Shown in pieces: positions 1 through 10,116 of a stretch of DNA of 58,122 bases. The stretch is taken from IMG/VR virus record IMGVR_UViG_3300027721_000019, positions 1 through 58,122 of that record. One strand, given 5' to 3'. This DNA is from a virus. Taxonomy: Duplodnaviria; Caudoviricetes. Numbering within the stretch: position 1 is the stretch's first letter; each line of letters begins with the position of its first letter. The notes under the pieces were generated by a model that was not told where the DNA came from, ran no database searches, and saw only the letters and a program-made list of their open reading frames with translations. The position numbers and the translations under genes are program-made.

Positions 1-150
1 CCTTTACTAGGTAGCTTTGGTAGAAACTATCTTGATTATAAATCACGCTATAATTCATCAAAAACATTAAAGCCTTTTCTTTCTGCAGCTACAGAAAAAT
101 TAAAACTTTTTATAGATAAGAACTTGAACTCTTCAAACTCTTATGTATAA
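1..150 (+). CDS. 3' end of an upstream gene (partial); function unknown
   Basis: Frame 1 is open from base 1 to TAA at 148-150 (PLLGSFGRNYLDYKSRY...NSYV*). gp59 often precedes gp32 in T4-like phages, but this cannot be confirmed here. Confidence 0.5.
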   Translation, partial: PLLGSFGRNYLDYKSRYNSSKTLKPFLSAATEKLKLFIDKNLNSSNSYV

Positions 151-151
151 T
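124..151 (+). promoter_or_regulatory. sigma70-type early promoter upstream of gp32
   Basis: TTGAAC (124-129), 16-nt spacer, perfect TATAAT (146-151), 37 nt before the ATG at 189. Confidence 0.6.
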
Positions 152-188
152 ACATACAACATAAACAACCCACAAACCAACACCCATT

Positions 189-1082
189 ATGACATTAACT
201 AAAAACCTATTCGCCGAAATTAAAGCTTCTCTTTCCAATAAGAGTGAAAACTCTTATAAGGACATTATGAAGTTTGAAGCAGGTAAGACTTACCTTGTTC
301 GTCTCGTACCTAATATCAATGAACCTAAGAAGACAATCTACAACTATAAGCATCATAGCTGGAAGAGTCACTCTAATGGTCAGTTTATTACTCTTCTTTG
401 TCCTACTACATACGGAGAAAGCTGCCCTATCGATAATTACGTTATGAAGACGTACAATACCGGTACGGAAGAAGAGAAGAAGAAGCTTGGAGAAATCTCT
501 CGTAAGGAAAGCTGGATGGTAAATGCATACATTATTACCGATCCTACTAATACAGAAAATGAAGGTAAGGTTAAGGTCATTCGTTACGGTAAGGAACTTG
601 CCAAGATTATTAATAGTGCTATTGACGGAGATGATGCCGCTGAGTTCGGCGCTGAGAAGATCTTTGATGTAGCTAACGGTAGCACACTTCGTATTAAGTG
701 TGAGGCTCGTACAGGAGCCGGTACATCTAGGACTTTCGTAACATACGCCTCTTCTAAGTTTGTATCTCCGTCCAAGCTTGATATTTCTGAAGAAAAGAAC
801 AAAGCTATTCATAGCGAAATTCACGATCTTGAGAAGTTTAACAAGACAAAGACAACTGCTGAGCTTCAGAGAGCTCTCGATCAACACTTCTTCTGTATTG
901 AAGATGTAACCTCCACCGAGGTAGTTGATGATGATACGCTCCCGACACCAGTAGCAACATCAGCTGCAAAGAAGGACCCCGCCGTTGAAGCTATCTTTGA
1001 AGGTGTTACTGAGGCCCCTAAGCCTACACCTGCTGTAGATGATACAGATGCAAAACTTAAAGAATTACTTGCTGGACTCTAA
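189..1082 (+). CDS. gp32: single-stranded DNA-binding protein, T4 gp32-like
   Basis: YKHHSW...LCPTTYGESCPI metal motif, AYIITDPTNTENEGKVKVIRYGKEL, IFDVANGSTLRIK, Y.SSKF, acidic C-terminal tail. Confidence 0.9.
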   Translation: MTLTKNLFAEIKASLSNKSENSYKDIMKFEAGKTYLVRLVPNINEPKKTIYNYKHHSWKSHSNGQFITLLCPTTYGESCPIDNYVMKTYNTGTEEEKKKLGEISRKESWMVNAYIITDPTNTENEGKVKVIRYGKELAKIINSAIDGDDAAEFGAEKIFDVANGSTLRIKCEARTGAGTSRTFVTYASSKFVSPSKLDISEEKNKAIHSEIHDLEKFNKTKTTAELQRALDQHFFCIEDVTSTEVVDDDTLPTPVATSAAKKDPAVEAIFEGVTEAPKPTPAVDDTDAKLKELLAGL

Positions 1083-1107
1083 AATATTAACCACTATACT
1101 CAAATTT

Positions 1108-1941
1108 ATGCCTAGAATCAAAACTAACGCCGATATCCCCGACATTCAGAATACTGTTGACGGGTTCCCTAAGAAGTACATCCCTAAGGTTGGTACTCGC
1201 GATGCAACACTGCCAGTTAAGATCATCCGTAAGGATGGCACTGTTAACGAAGGCTCAGGTAAGTTCAGTATGTATACCGATCTTACTTCAGAGAACAAAG
1301 GTACGAACATGAGTCGTTATCGTATCCTCATTGAAGAAGTTATTGCTAAGGACGGTTACTTTGTTCATGAAGTTGTTAAGGATCTTCTTCATGAGTGTAA
1401 GTCACGCTTGAAGTCTGATAATGCTTATGTTAAGATTAAGTTTGATTACTTCCTCAAGCGTCTTGCCCCTGTATCCAAGATCGAGTCTCATATGGACTAT
1501 CGTGCTAATATGGAAGGCCGTCTTGTTAATGGTAAGGAAAGGCTCTATCTAACCGTTCACGTTATGTATGCCTCTCTTTGCCCTTGCTCAAAGGAGATTA
1601 GTGACTACGGTGCACACAATCAGCGTTCAGTTGCTGATGTTACTGTAGAGATTGATGAGTCTAAGGGTATTATGTGGATCGAAGATATTATCGATATTGT
1701 CGAGAAGAGTTCTTCAGCACCAATTATTAATGCTCTTAAGCGAGTTGATGAGGCTTATCAGACTGAACTTATGTATGAAAACCCAGTCTTCGTTGAGGAT
1801 ATGGTTCGTAAGGTAGCTGTTGAGCTTGATAAGGAGCTTGATAATCGTATCAAGGACTACTCAGTAGTTGTTAATCACTATGAGTCAATTCATACAGCAG
1901 TTGCCGTAGCCGTTATTAATGCAGGTAGGGAGCTGAAGTAA
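1108..1941 (+). CDS. folE2: GTP cyclohydrolase I type IB (FolE2)
   Basis: PDIQN...KVG, KGTNMSR, SLCPCSKEISDYGAHNQRS, LKRVDE, YENPVFVEDMVR and ESIH signatures. Start moved to ATG 1108 to avoid overlapping gp32. Confidence 0.93.
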   Translation: MPRIKTNADIPDIQNTVDGFPKKYIPKVGTRDATLPVKIIRKDGTVNEGSGKFSMYTDLTSENKGTNMSRYRILIEEVIAKDGYFVHEVVKDLLHECKSRLKSDNAYVKIKFDYFLKRLAPVSKIESHMDYRANMEGRLVNGKERLYLTVHVMYASLCPCSKEISDYGAHNQRSVADVTVEIDESKGIMWIEDIIDIVEKSSSAPIINALKRVDEAYQTELMYENPVFVEDMVRKVAVELDKELDNRIKDYSVVVNHYESIHTAVAVAVINAGRELK

Positions 1942-1945
1942 AAAT

Positions 1946-2455
1946 ATGGCCGTTTCTGAAGAACAATTAGCAGCGGCCATAATGGCCAAAATTACAGGTA
2001 ACAATCTTAAAATGATTGATGAGAGTTCGCTATCCCCGGTAACCCCGGGGATGCAATCTAATAGACTCGATCCAATGAGTTTTGTTAAACAGAATATTCC
2101 AGCAGCTTCAGGCCCTACACCTCAACAGTTACGAGAAATTGATGCTCTTAATAAGAGAGCTGCTGAGTTGTATCCGCTACCACAGGCTGATTTAACACCT
2201 ATTCCACAACTACCAGCATTAATACCTGATACACCCTCGCCTGGTGCTGTTAATTTACCGCATATTACTGCACCAACAGTAGTACCTCAGCCTACATCTA
2301 TCACTCTATCTGATTCAATTCTTACACGTGAAGATATTGTATCAATTAGATCACAGTTAGAAAAGACAAACGCTACATTGACAAAAATGTCCGGGATGCT
2401 TGGAAAAGTATTTGCATCTTTTACAGAAAAGAGTAAACTTAAGGACAGTGACTAA
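1946..2455 (+). CDS. hypothetical protein (Pro-rich middle, C-terminal coiled coil)
   Basis: 169-aa ORF packed tightly between folE2 and the clamp gene. Confidence 0.7.
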   Translation: MAVSEEQLAAAIMAKITGNNLKMIDESSLSPVTPGMQSNRLDPMSFVKQNIPAASGPTPQQLREIDALNKRAAELYPLPQADLTPIPQLPALIPDTPSPGAVNLPHITAPTVVPQPTSITLSDSILTREDIVSIRSQLEKTNATLTKMSGMLGKVFASFTEKSKLKDSD

Positions 2456-3185
2456 GACAATTACAGTTAATAAAGAACTTTTTGTTCAGAAGTTTTTATT
2501 ACCAATAAGTAAATTAGCAGATAATATATCTCTAATACCTGAAGGTAAAGAACTATACGCCGTCTGTTCCTCCCAGGATGGCAGTATAGTTCTACTTGCC
2601 TCATTAACTCTCGATTTACCTATCGAAGGTTTAGTTAAGATTAACCTACCTGATGTAAAAAAGTTTGTAAGATTACTTGAATGTATTGAAGATAGTTATA
2701 TCGAACTAACTATTGAAGATAATCATATAAAGTATCATACGCCAAGCTTTAAGTTTAATTACTATTTACTTGAAGATAGCTACATGCAGAGGTGCCCTGT
2801 TAACCCTACAAAGATAAAGACATTAAAATACGATTCAGGATTTATACTTCCTAATATCAAGTTTAATGAAATTCTTAAAGGTAGCTCTATAGCTACTGAC
2901 TCCGATAAGCTTTATTTTTATACTAAAAACGATGAAGTGTATGCTGAGTTAAATGATTACGAAAGACAGAACATTAACAATCTTACTTACCTAGTAACAG
3001 ATAAATTTGTTGGTGAGCCTATTAAAAATGCTCTTCCGCTTAATCTTGAAAACGTACGTATGCTGGCAGGACTTAAGGCAGCAAATATTTCGGTAAAAAT
3101 TAACAATACCTTAAAGGTAACTCTTTTTGAAGTAACAGACCAAAATGTAAATATAAAGTTTGTTATATCAGCACTTGTAAAATAA
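2448..3185 (+). CDS. gp45: DNA polymerase sliding clamp, gp45/PCNA-like
   Basis: About 245 aa with a two-domain clamp pattern (INLPDVKKFVRLL, NHIKY, FNYYL, KFVISALVK end). GTG start at 2448 overlaps the upstream stop. Confidence 0.7.
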   Translation: MTKTITVNKELFVQKFLLPISKLADNISLIPEGKELYAVCSSQDGSIVLLASLTLDLPIEGLVKINLPDVKKFVRLLECIEDSYIELTIEDNHIKYHTPSFKFNYYLLEDSYMQRCPVNPTKIKTLKYDSGFILPNIKFNEILKGSSIATDSDKLYFYTKNDEVYAELNDYERQNINNLTYLVTDKFVGEPIKNALPLNLENVRMLAGLKAANISVKINNTLKVTLFEVTDQNVNIKFVISALVK

Positions 3186-3210
3186 AGAGTATAGGTATAA
3201 ATTACTTTAT

Positions 3211-3558
3211 ATGTCAAACAAACTAACTACCCTAGGTTATACTCTTAAGAGGCTCCGTGATAGCGGATACTATGCACATAGACTTTTTACTGAGTATGGT
3301 GAAATAGATCCCCGAGCCTGGACAATTGTTATTGACCCAGGTGTAGCTTCTATTTTTTGTACTTGTTATATTAACGATCCATATATCGGAGAATCGTATT
3401 TTGAATTGTTTGACGGAGGTCAGTTTATACCTGGTAGATTGAAGCTCAAGACTAGCTCTCACGAGGTATTAGTTGAACATCTTGTTAAGTTTGGTATTAA
3501 CAATAAGGCACCTAATTATAATAAAAAGATACAGACAAGTTCTTTACAGGGAAAGTAA
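3211..3558 (+). CDS. hypothetical protein
   Basis: 115-aa ORF; TATAAATT motif just upstream. Confidence 0.7.
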   Translation: MSNKLTTLGYTLKRLRDSGYYAHRLFTEYGEIDPRAWTIVIDPGVASIFCTCYINDPYIGESYFELFDGGQFIPGRLKLKTSSHEVLVEHLVKFGINNKAPNYNKKIQTSSLQGK

Positions 3559-3571
3559 TAAATATCTATGT

Positions 3572-3949
3572 ATGTCTACTGAAGACAAAAATAAAAAAAA
3601 GTCTGTAAAAAGAAAACCTTCTAAGAAAACATCGTCAGCAAAGCTAAGTGCAACAAATATAGAGCAAGGACTTCCACCTATAGAAAAAAATCTACAGGTG
3701 GAGGAAGTAATAAAGCAGGCCTTTTTACGTTTTTATGATAGTGCTTCTGTACGAAGCTCTAAAGTAAAAGATCTTGAGCATTTAGATCATATAGCTGAAG
3801 AGTATTTAAATTCTTATATGATTTTAGGTTACGATATAAACGGTGAAAAAGTTTCTATTATGCATGCTGAAAATCCGCACGATAGAGACGCCTTAGTTGA
3901 ACACTTACGTACAACATTACTTAACATACTCGGTACAAACGAACGTTAA
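3572..3949 (+). CDS. hypothetical protein, Lys-rich N-terminus
   Basis: ATG 3572 lies 7 nt after TAAATA and avoids overlap with the previous ORF. Confidence 0.65.
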   Translation: MSTEDKNKKKSVKRKPSKKTSSAKLSATNIEQGLPPIEKNLQVEEVIKQAFLRFYDSASVRSSKVKDLEHLDHIAEEYLNSYMILGYDINGEKVSIMHAENPHDRDALVEHLRTTLLNILGTNER

Positions 3950-3985
3950 TTGATTTAAGTACTACCCGTGCCTTAAATAAATCGC

Positions 3986-5743
3986 ATGGAAGATGATATC
4001 ATTGAAAATCCTATAGATGAAAAACAATACTATAGAGGGGATAAAAATGTACCAAAGGAAGATGCCCAGTTTGAATGGACACCTAAGATGGTTAAGGAGA
4101 TTAAAAAGTGTAGAGAGGATATCGTACACTTCGCCGAAAGCCATTTTTATATTGTAGAAGCAGATCGAGGTAAGCAAAAGATATCTCTTTATAAAGCACA
4201 GAAACGTGTATTAAAGAGTTTAGCAGATAACAGGTTTGTTAGTGTACTTGCAAGTAGACAGGTGGGAAAAACAACTGTAACCACTATCTACGCTCTTTGG
4301 AACACTTGCTTCTTTGATGATAAGCGTGTTATTATCGTAGCTAATAAAGAGAACACTGCTATTACAATTTTTAAAAAAATCCGTCTAGCATATGAAATGT
4401 TACCTAACTATTTAAAGCCAGGCGTTAAAGAGTATGGTAAAACAGGGGTAACGTTTGCTAATGGTTCAAGCATCGGTATCAGTACAACAACGTCAACAGC
4501 AGCAAGAGGTGATACTGCTAATATTTTGTGTATTGACGAAGCTGCGTTTATTGAGCCAAATTTCATGGAGGAATTTTGGAAATCTGTTATCCCGATTATT
4601 TCATCTGGTAAAACAACAAAGATTTTCATGGTTAGTACACCAAACGGTACCGGTAATAAATTTTACGAAATCTATTCAGGGGCTGAAAAAGGTGCTAACG
4701 AGTGGAAAGCTGAACGTATTGATTGGTGGGATGTTCCCGGTAGAGGAGAAAAATGGCGTAAAAAAATGGTCGGTGCTTTAGGCTCAGATGAGGCTTTCCA
4801 ACAAGAATTTGGTAATACCTTTTTAGATCCGTATAACTCTGCTGTAGGAGCTTCTGTTATTGAAAGATTTAAAGAGCAAAAAAAGAACGCTATCTGGAAT
4901 GCTGAAGACGGACATTACAAAGTATACGAAGCCCCTGACCCTAATAAGCTTTATGTAATAGGTGTTGACGTGGGCGAAGGTATCGGAAGAGCAGCAACAG
5001 TATCACAAGTATTAGATATAACCGATCTAAAAGAGATAAAACAGGTTGCTGTTTTTGGTACAAATGTTATTGAGCCTTATCACTATTCTAATAAGCTTGT
5101 TGCTCTAGCAAGTCAATGGGGCAATCCTCCTCTATTAGTTGAAAGAAATAATTGCGGAGGTCAAATTATTGATAATTTATTTCATAAACATTTTTATGAA
5201 AAAATAGTTAGTTGCTCAAAATTAGCTAACACAGGTTCTTTTTCTAATACTAGACATTTAGGTATCTTAAGTCATAACAATCTTAGGTTTGCCGGCGTAG
5301 CTAATATGCGTTATTGGGTTAATTTCCTTCAAGTTGTTCACGTTAATGATATGGACACTATTAAAGAACTTGAAACTTTTATTAGATATCCAAACGGTAC
5401 ATATAGAAAAAAGAACGACAATTTTTATGATGATCGTGTTATGGCATTAGTTTGGGGATTATTTGCTTTAGAGCCAGATATTTGTCAGCAATATTTTCAA
5501 GTTGATGAAGTCGATGAGCAAAATAAGCCGTTAAAGCTCTCTAAAATGTATTACGATGATGTTGATCCTAAACAATACACACTCAGAGAATTGACCGTAA
5601 CTAGTAATGTTACAAATATAGGAGGAGAAATAACAGAAAAATACGTACCTTTAATGACTGAAGCCGATTATAATAAAGCTCTAGATAGAGAAGATTACTA
5701 TGATCTATTAAATAATGGTTGGAAGACTCTTCATAATTCATGA
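3986..5743 (+). CDS. gp17: terminase large subunit
   Basis: Walker A ASRQVGKTT, Walker B LCIDEAAF, VSTPNG, F.QEF, nuclease motifs IGVDVGEG and DDRVMAL. Confidence 0.96.
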   Translation: MEDDIIENPIDEKQYYRGDKNVPKEDAQFEWTPKMVKEIKKCREDIVHFAESHFYIVEADRGKQKISLYKAQKRVLKSLADNRFVSVLASRQVGKTTVTTIYALWNTCFFDDKRVIIVANKENTAITIFKKIRLAYEMLPNYLKPGVKEYGKTGVTFANGSSIGISTTTSTAARGDTANILCIDEAAFIEPNFMEEFWKSVIPIISSGKTTKIFMVSTPNGTGNKFYEIYSGAEKGANEWKAERIDWWDVPGRGEKWRKKMVGALGSDEAFQQEFGNTFLDPYNSAVGASVIERFKEQKKNAIWNAEDGHYKVYEAPDPNKLYVIGVDVGEGIGRAATVSQVLDITDLKEIKQVAVFGTNVIEPYHYSNKLVALASQWGNPPLLVERNNCGGQIIDNLFHKHFYEKIVSCSKLANTGSFSNTRHLGILSHNNLRFAGVANMRYWVNFLQVVHVNDMDTIKELETFIRYPNGTYRKKNDNFYDDRVMALVWGLFALEPDICQQYFQVDEVDEQNKPLKLSKMYYDDVDPKQYTLRELTVTSNVTNIGGEITEKYVPLMTEADYNKALDREDYYDLLNNGWKTLHNS

Positions 5744-6333
5744 CAACAACTATTAATCCAACTCAACAATCTATTCTTAATAGAGCAAGTAAAGATAAAT
5801 TTTTACTAGTTTTAAATTTACCTACAATTTTAAAAAAACGAGCTCTTACCGATAACACTATTAAGTTAGATCCTTTAGAAATAAGTGTACATGGAACAAT
5901 TGTCCCTGCTATAACGGTCCCACCTGTGGAAGTTCGTTTTGGTGGTCAATCACATCATGTATCAGGGTATAGTCGCCCAAGCTACCCTCCATTAGATGTT
6001 AGCTTTATTGTTGATAATCAATTTAAGAATTATCAATTACTTTGGAAGTGGTTAGCTATTCAAAATTCCCCTTTAGGTAGTTATTACTCAGGTACCGACC
6101 CGAAGTATCAAACTTACAAAGATTTAATTCAAACAGGTGTAATTGCCGAGTATAGTGTTAATTTATCTATTTTTGGTTTAGATGAATATAATAAAAAAAT
6201 AATCGAATTTAAATATTATAATGCATTTGTAACTAGTTTAGGAGCTATAACATATAGCTATAGAGATTCTGATTTAATAGAATCTACCGCTCAATTTCAA
6301 TTTACTCAGTTAGATATTAATATTTTAGACTAA
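5740..6333 (+). CDS. gp3: tail completion / tube-terminator protein, gp3-like (gp19 tube fold)
   Basis: VPAITVP...LDVSFIVDNQFKNYQLLWKWL...FKYYNAFVTSLG...AQFQF pattern, as in T4-like gp3/gp19 family proteins. Confidence 0.65.
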   Translation: MTTTINPTQQSILNRASKDKFLLVLNLPTILKKRALTDNTIKLDPLEISVHGTIVPAITVPPVEVRFGGQSHHVSGYSRPSYPPLDVSFIVDNQFKNYQLLWKWLAIQNSPLGSYYSGTDPKYQTYKDLIQTGVIAEYSVNLSIFGLDEYNKKIIEFKYYNAFVTSLGAITYSYRDSDLIESTAQFQFTQLDINILD

Positions 6334-6371
6334 AAAATTCGCCCAAAAAACATAAATAATAATATAACAAT

Positions 6372-8459
6372 ATGGCGCTAACATTAAAATCACCTGGTGT
6401 TCAAATAATTGAAACCGATATATCACAGAATGTAACCATTCCTGGAGGTACTACTGTCTTTATCCCTGGATTTGCTCGTCAGGGACCGACAGATGAAGTT
6501 CTTCAAATTACCTCAATTTCGGAATTTGAATCTGTCTACGGTACACCGACATCTCCCGCAGAGCGTTATTTTTACTATAATAGTCAAGCAGTTCTTAACT
6601 CTAACGGTAACCTTTTAACAACCCGCCTTCCATATGGTTCTGCCGGAGGAACAGGGTTTGCTAACAGTTATAGCGCTCTTTTATACCCTGTAGCTTCAGG
6701 TGCTAATACATTTACACTTAGTAATCCAACACATATTACACTTACTGAAAGTCAGTATGATGCCTTATTGCAGAATAATTTCACTTGGTCTTCTCTTTCA
6801 TCTGCAGCAGTTACACCTTCTTTCACTGGAGTTGGCGGAACACTTAATGCAGGTCTTGTAGTAATCAATACAGCTCAGACATCTGTTGATGAAGCTAATC
6901 AAGGTTACTATGTTGCATTAACCGATAACACTAATTGGGGACCTACATCCACTTTTAATTCTGTACAAGTTTTAAATAGTCTTAGTGGTAATGATGATTT
7001 TGTTAGCGTAGCAAATTCCAACCTAACATTTAGTCTCACAAGTACCACAGCAGGAGAATCTTCAATATCTCAAGTAATTGAAACGATACCTACATGGAAT
7101 TTTGGCGTACCTTACTATCAAGACTCACTTGTTCTTAGCTTGTTTAAGATTCGTAATTCAACATATCAGCCTAACTTACTCACCTTTACACTCACCGAGA
7201 GTTATGTCGGTTCATTAAATTCTCAAAAGAGAGGTGTAGGTACTATTGGCGGTACACCCAATACACAATTTCTTACTGATGTTGTTAATCAAGCCTCTAA
7301 CAACCTTAATGTTTTAGTAAACCCGAATATTTCACATTTCACAAACTGGAGTAGTTTAACAGGTACAAATCCGGCTTACGCTGTAACAAATACAAATAAA
7401 GCCCTCAATACAGTAGGTGTTTGGGCTCCTACTTATAACTTCAGAGCATCTAACACGATCGGTGATCTTAGTGTCAAGGTTAACAGAGCTCTCTCCCTTA
7501 TCAGTACACCTGAAGACAGGGTTATTGATGTAGTTGCCGATGCAGGGTTAACTACTATATTCGCTAATACAAAAGGAGCTAACATTGCTTATAATGATGG
7601 TGCATATGGTACTACCGACGCAAGCACAATATCATACTGGCAAACAATGTTTAATATCTTTAATACATTTGTACAAGATACACGTAAAGATTGCGTATTC
7701 ATCGCTGATCCTTTAAGGCAGATATTTGTCAACGGACCTGATGCAAAAACATTATCTGTATCAACAAATACCTTTACAACAAATATCTACACCCCTTTAC
7801 AGTCTTCTCTCAATAATATAGATACAAATTACTCTGCTATTTACGGTAACTGGGCAAAGACCTTCGATACATATACAAATACTTTTGTATGGGTACCGAT
7901 TTCAGGTTATGTTGCCGGAATTTACGCAAATAATGATGCTGCAACCCAGCCTTGGATTGCACCAGCAGGTTTAAATCGCGGTATAATTCGTAATATTACA
8001 GATATAGCCTTCAATCCGAATCAGAAACAGAGAGATTATCTTTACACAATAGGTGTAAATCCAGTATGTCTCTTCTCCGGAGAGGGTTATGCTGTATACG
8101 GTCAAAAGACTTTACAGAATAAACCCTCTGCATTTGACAGAGTTAACGTTCGTCGCTTATTTATAACACTTGAAAGAGCTGTACAGGGTGCTGTTAAATA
8201 CTTTGTTTTTGAACCTAATACAGACTTTACACGTACAAGGTTAGTAAATACAATTGCACCTGTATTTGAATTAGCTAAGAACACACAAGGATTATTCGAC
8301 TACTTGATTGTTTGTGACGAAAGAAACAACACACCTTTAGTTGTCGATAATAACGAGCTTGTCGTCGATGTTTACATTAAACCGGTTCGTGCAGCAGAGT
8401 TTATCTTAGTTAACTTTATCGCAACAAGAACAGGTCAGAACTTTAACGAGTTAATCTAA
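6372..8459 (+). CDS. gp18: tail sheath protein
   Basis: SPGVQIIETDIS N-terminus; PWIAPAGLNRG, GQKTL...SAFDRVNVRRLF, FEPNT.FTR, VCDERNNT, IKPVRAAEFILVNF. Confidence 0.96.
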   Translation: MALTLKSPGVQIIETDISQNVTIPGGTTVFIPGFARQGPTDEVLQITSISEFESVYGTPTSPAERYFYYNSQAVLNSNGNLLTTRLPYGSAGGTGFANSYSALLYPVASGANTFTLSNPTHITLTESQYDALLQNNFTWSSLSSAAVTPSFTGVGGTLNAGLVVINTAQTSVDEANQGYYVALTDNTNWGPTSTFNSVQVLNSLSGNDDFVSVANSNLTFSLTSTTAGESSISQVIETIPTWNFGVPYYQDSLVLSLFKIRNSTYQPNLLTFTLTESYVGSLNSQKRGVGTIGGTPNTQFLTDVVNQASNNLNVLVNPNISHFTNWSSLTGTNPAYAVTNTNKALNTVGVWAPTYNFRASNTIGDLSVKVNRALSLISTPEDRVIDVVADAGLTTIFANTKGANIAYNDGAYGTTDASTISYWQTMFNIFNTFVQDTRKDCVFIADPLRQIFVNGPDAKTLSVSTNTFTTNIYTPLQSSLNNIDTNYSAIYGNWAKTFDTYTNTFVWVPISGYVAGIYANNDAATQPWIAPAGLNRGIIRNITDIAFNPNQKQRDYLYTIGVNPVCLFSGEGYAVYGQKTLQNKPSAFDRVNVRRLFITLERAVQGAVKYFVFEPNTDFTRTRLVNTIAPVFELAKNTQGLFDYLIVCDERNNTPLVVDNNELVVDVYIKPVRAAEFILVNFIATRTGQNFNELI

Positions 8460-8477
8460 TAAATATTATATAACATT

Positions 8478-9026
8478 ATGTCACAAAACATCTCAGACTT
8501 CTATACATCAGTACAACAGCAGGACTTTGCACGTACTTTTCAGTTCCGTGTAAATCAGCTCGCTAATACTAACTTTGGAGAAAGCTCTCTCGTTTATCTT
8601 GAGACCGCTTCCCTTCCAGGAAGAACAATCACCAATCAGGTTGTACCATTTATGGGTCTCGATTTCAACGTTCCAGGTACAGTTAAGTATCCTAATTCTA
8701 GTGCTTACACTGTTACCTTCCGTTGTGATGCTAATTACAATATTCGTACAGTTTTAGAGAACGCTACATTTAATACATTTGATGATTCTACCTCAACAGG
8801 TAATTACAATATTGCTAGAAATTCCTCTATTATTAGTTTAAGTCTTTTAAATAAGTCTGGTGGCTCTGTTAGAAAGTATACCTTATACGGTGCTTATGTT
8901 GTATCTGTTGACCCAATGCAGTACGACTTAACATCTGATGGAGCTATACAGAAAGTAAATGCCACACTTGCTTATCAGTACTGGAGAGTAACACAAGCCA
9001 ATTCTGCTCTACCAAGGTTATTCTAA
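8478..9026 (+). CDS. gp19: tail tube protein
   Basis: Follows the sheath; FARTFQF, TASLPGR...VPFMG...VPG, AYQYW. Confidence 0.85.
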   Translation: MSQNISDFYTSVQQQDFARTFQFRVNQLANTNFGESSLVYLETASLPGRTITNQVVPFMGLDFNVPGTVKYPNSSAYTVTFRCDANYNIRTVLENATFNTFDDSTSTGNYNIARNSSIISLSLLNKSGGSVRKYTLYGAYVVSVDPMQYDLTSDGAIQKVNATLAYQYWRVTQANSALPRLF

Positions 9027-9034
9027 TTTGATAC

Positions 9035-9042
9035 TATAAATA
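9035..9042 (+). promoter_or_regulatory. T4-type late promoter (TATAAATA)
   Basis: Exact gp55 consensus, intergenic, 13 nt before ATG 9056. Confidence 0.7.
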
Positions 9043-9055
9043 ATAGTATCAAAGT

Positions 9056-10102
9056 ATGGCTGATATAAACTCAACACCAGCTAATTTACAAAGTTCGCAA
9101 GGATTTACACAAGATAATATTCTTGTACCCCCTAGTTTTGACATAACTACAGGTGTTAGTACTACCCCGCTTACGTTTGAAGGTCTATTGAGAGATAATG
9201 TAGCTCCGCCATCAGCCCCGTTTCCCTCATTTTCCGGTCCCATTAACCCTGACACTCTGTATTTACGTGTAGGAGCTCCTCCAGATCCAATACCGACAAT
9301 TACAGTAAGAAAGAGTGGTACCCTTGTAGGTACTAGACCTACTAACATACCACAAACAGAAATTACTAATTCGATACCGTATTTTTTTGAATCTGTACTT
9401 TCAACACCTGCAGGGGCTCTACCTAAAGGGCCGTTATGGTTAGTAACATTTGATAACTCTTACGATTCTGATAGAAACGCATATATAGGTAAGAGCGGTA
9501 TACCTAGTATAATAAACAGTGTAGCGGATTATGAACCACAGGCTCCAAAATGGAATGTTACAAAAGCTATAGGTACCATTTGCTCAGATAATTTTTTACA
9601 AACTAAAGGATGTATATTGGCACAGAATGTAACGGTACCTGGAGAAGGTATAGTTGCAACCGCTGCTGAGGGTATACAAAGTAATAGCTTTATAAGAAGT
9701 AAAGTAGGACAGGGTAGAAATGATTTTGAAGAATTAAGAATAGGCTTTTTAAATACAAATGTTAGTTTTGTTGATAATGTTATTAGGCCTTGGGTTATTA
9801 TGACAGGTCATAAAGGTTTAATAGCTAGAAAAGGTAGAGATCAATATCGTACTAATATTTCTGTACATAGGTTAGGTATATCTAATTACGGTGAACCTCC
9901 ATTTATATTACAAACGTTTACTTTTTACGGAGCATGCCCTATACAGGTAGATAGTGAAGAATATACATATACTGATAATGGTACCGCTGTAGTTAGAACA
10001 GCAACATTTACATATCAGTGGTATACTGTAGATTCAAGTAAAAATAAATTTGCAAACATCCTACCAGACGGTGCACCGGTTAGACGTGCATTACCGGTAT
10101 AG
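9056..10102 (+). CDS. tube-fold baseplate/tail-tube initiator, gp54-like
   Basis: C-terminal tube fold (AQNVTVPGE...IRPW...FYGACP...ATFTYQWY) with a Pro-rich N-terminal extension. Confidence 0.55.
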   Translation: MADINSTPANLQSSQGFTQDNILVPPSFDITTGVSTTPLTFEGLLRDNVAPPSAPFPSFSGPINPDTLYLRVGAPPDPIPTITVRKSGTLVGTRPTNIPQTEITNSIPYFFESVLSTPAGALPKGPLWLVTFDNSYDSDRNAYIGKSGIPSIINSVADYEPQAPKWNVTKAIGTICSDNFLQTKGCILAQNVTVPGEGIVATAAEGIQSNSFIRSKVGQGRNDFEELRIGFLNTNVSFVDNVIRPWVIMTGHKGLIARKGRDQYRTNISVHRLGISNYGEPPFILQTFTFYGACPIQVDSEEYTYTDNGTAVVRTATFTYQWYTVDSSKNKFANILPDGAPVRRALPV

Positions 10103-10116
10103 TTTATTAATTAATA

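Noticed and set aside
207-887. 226-aa minus-strand ORF, and other antisense ORFs such as 45217-45651, 50273-50662 and 50770-51084
   Set aside because: Shadow ORFs opposite well-supported genes; explained by codon bias, with no motifs or promoter
2032-2052. GC-rich hairpin ATCCCCGG-TAACC-CCGGGGAT
   Set aside because: Inside a CDS, no U-tract, single occurrence; could be chance from Pro/Gly codons
3986-5743. Intein or intron in terminase (also checked nrdA and nrdB)
   Set aside because: Lengths are normal, motifs are contiguous, and there are no splice-junction or homing-endonuclease signatures
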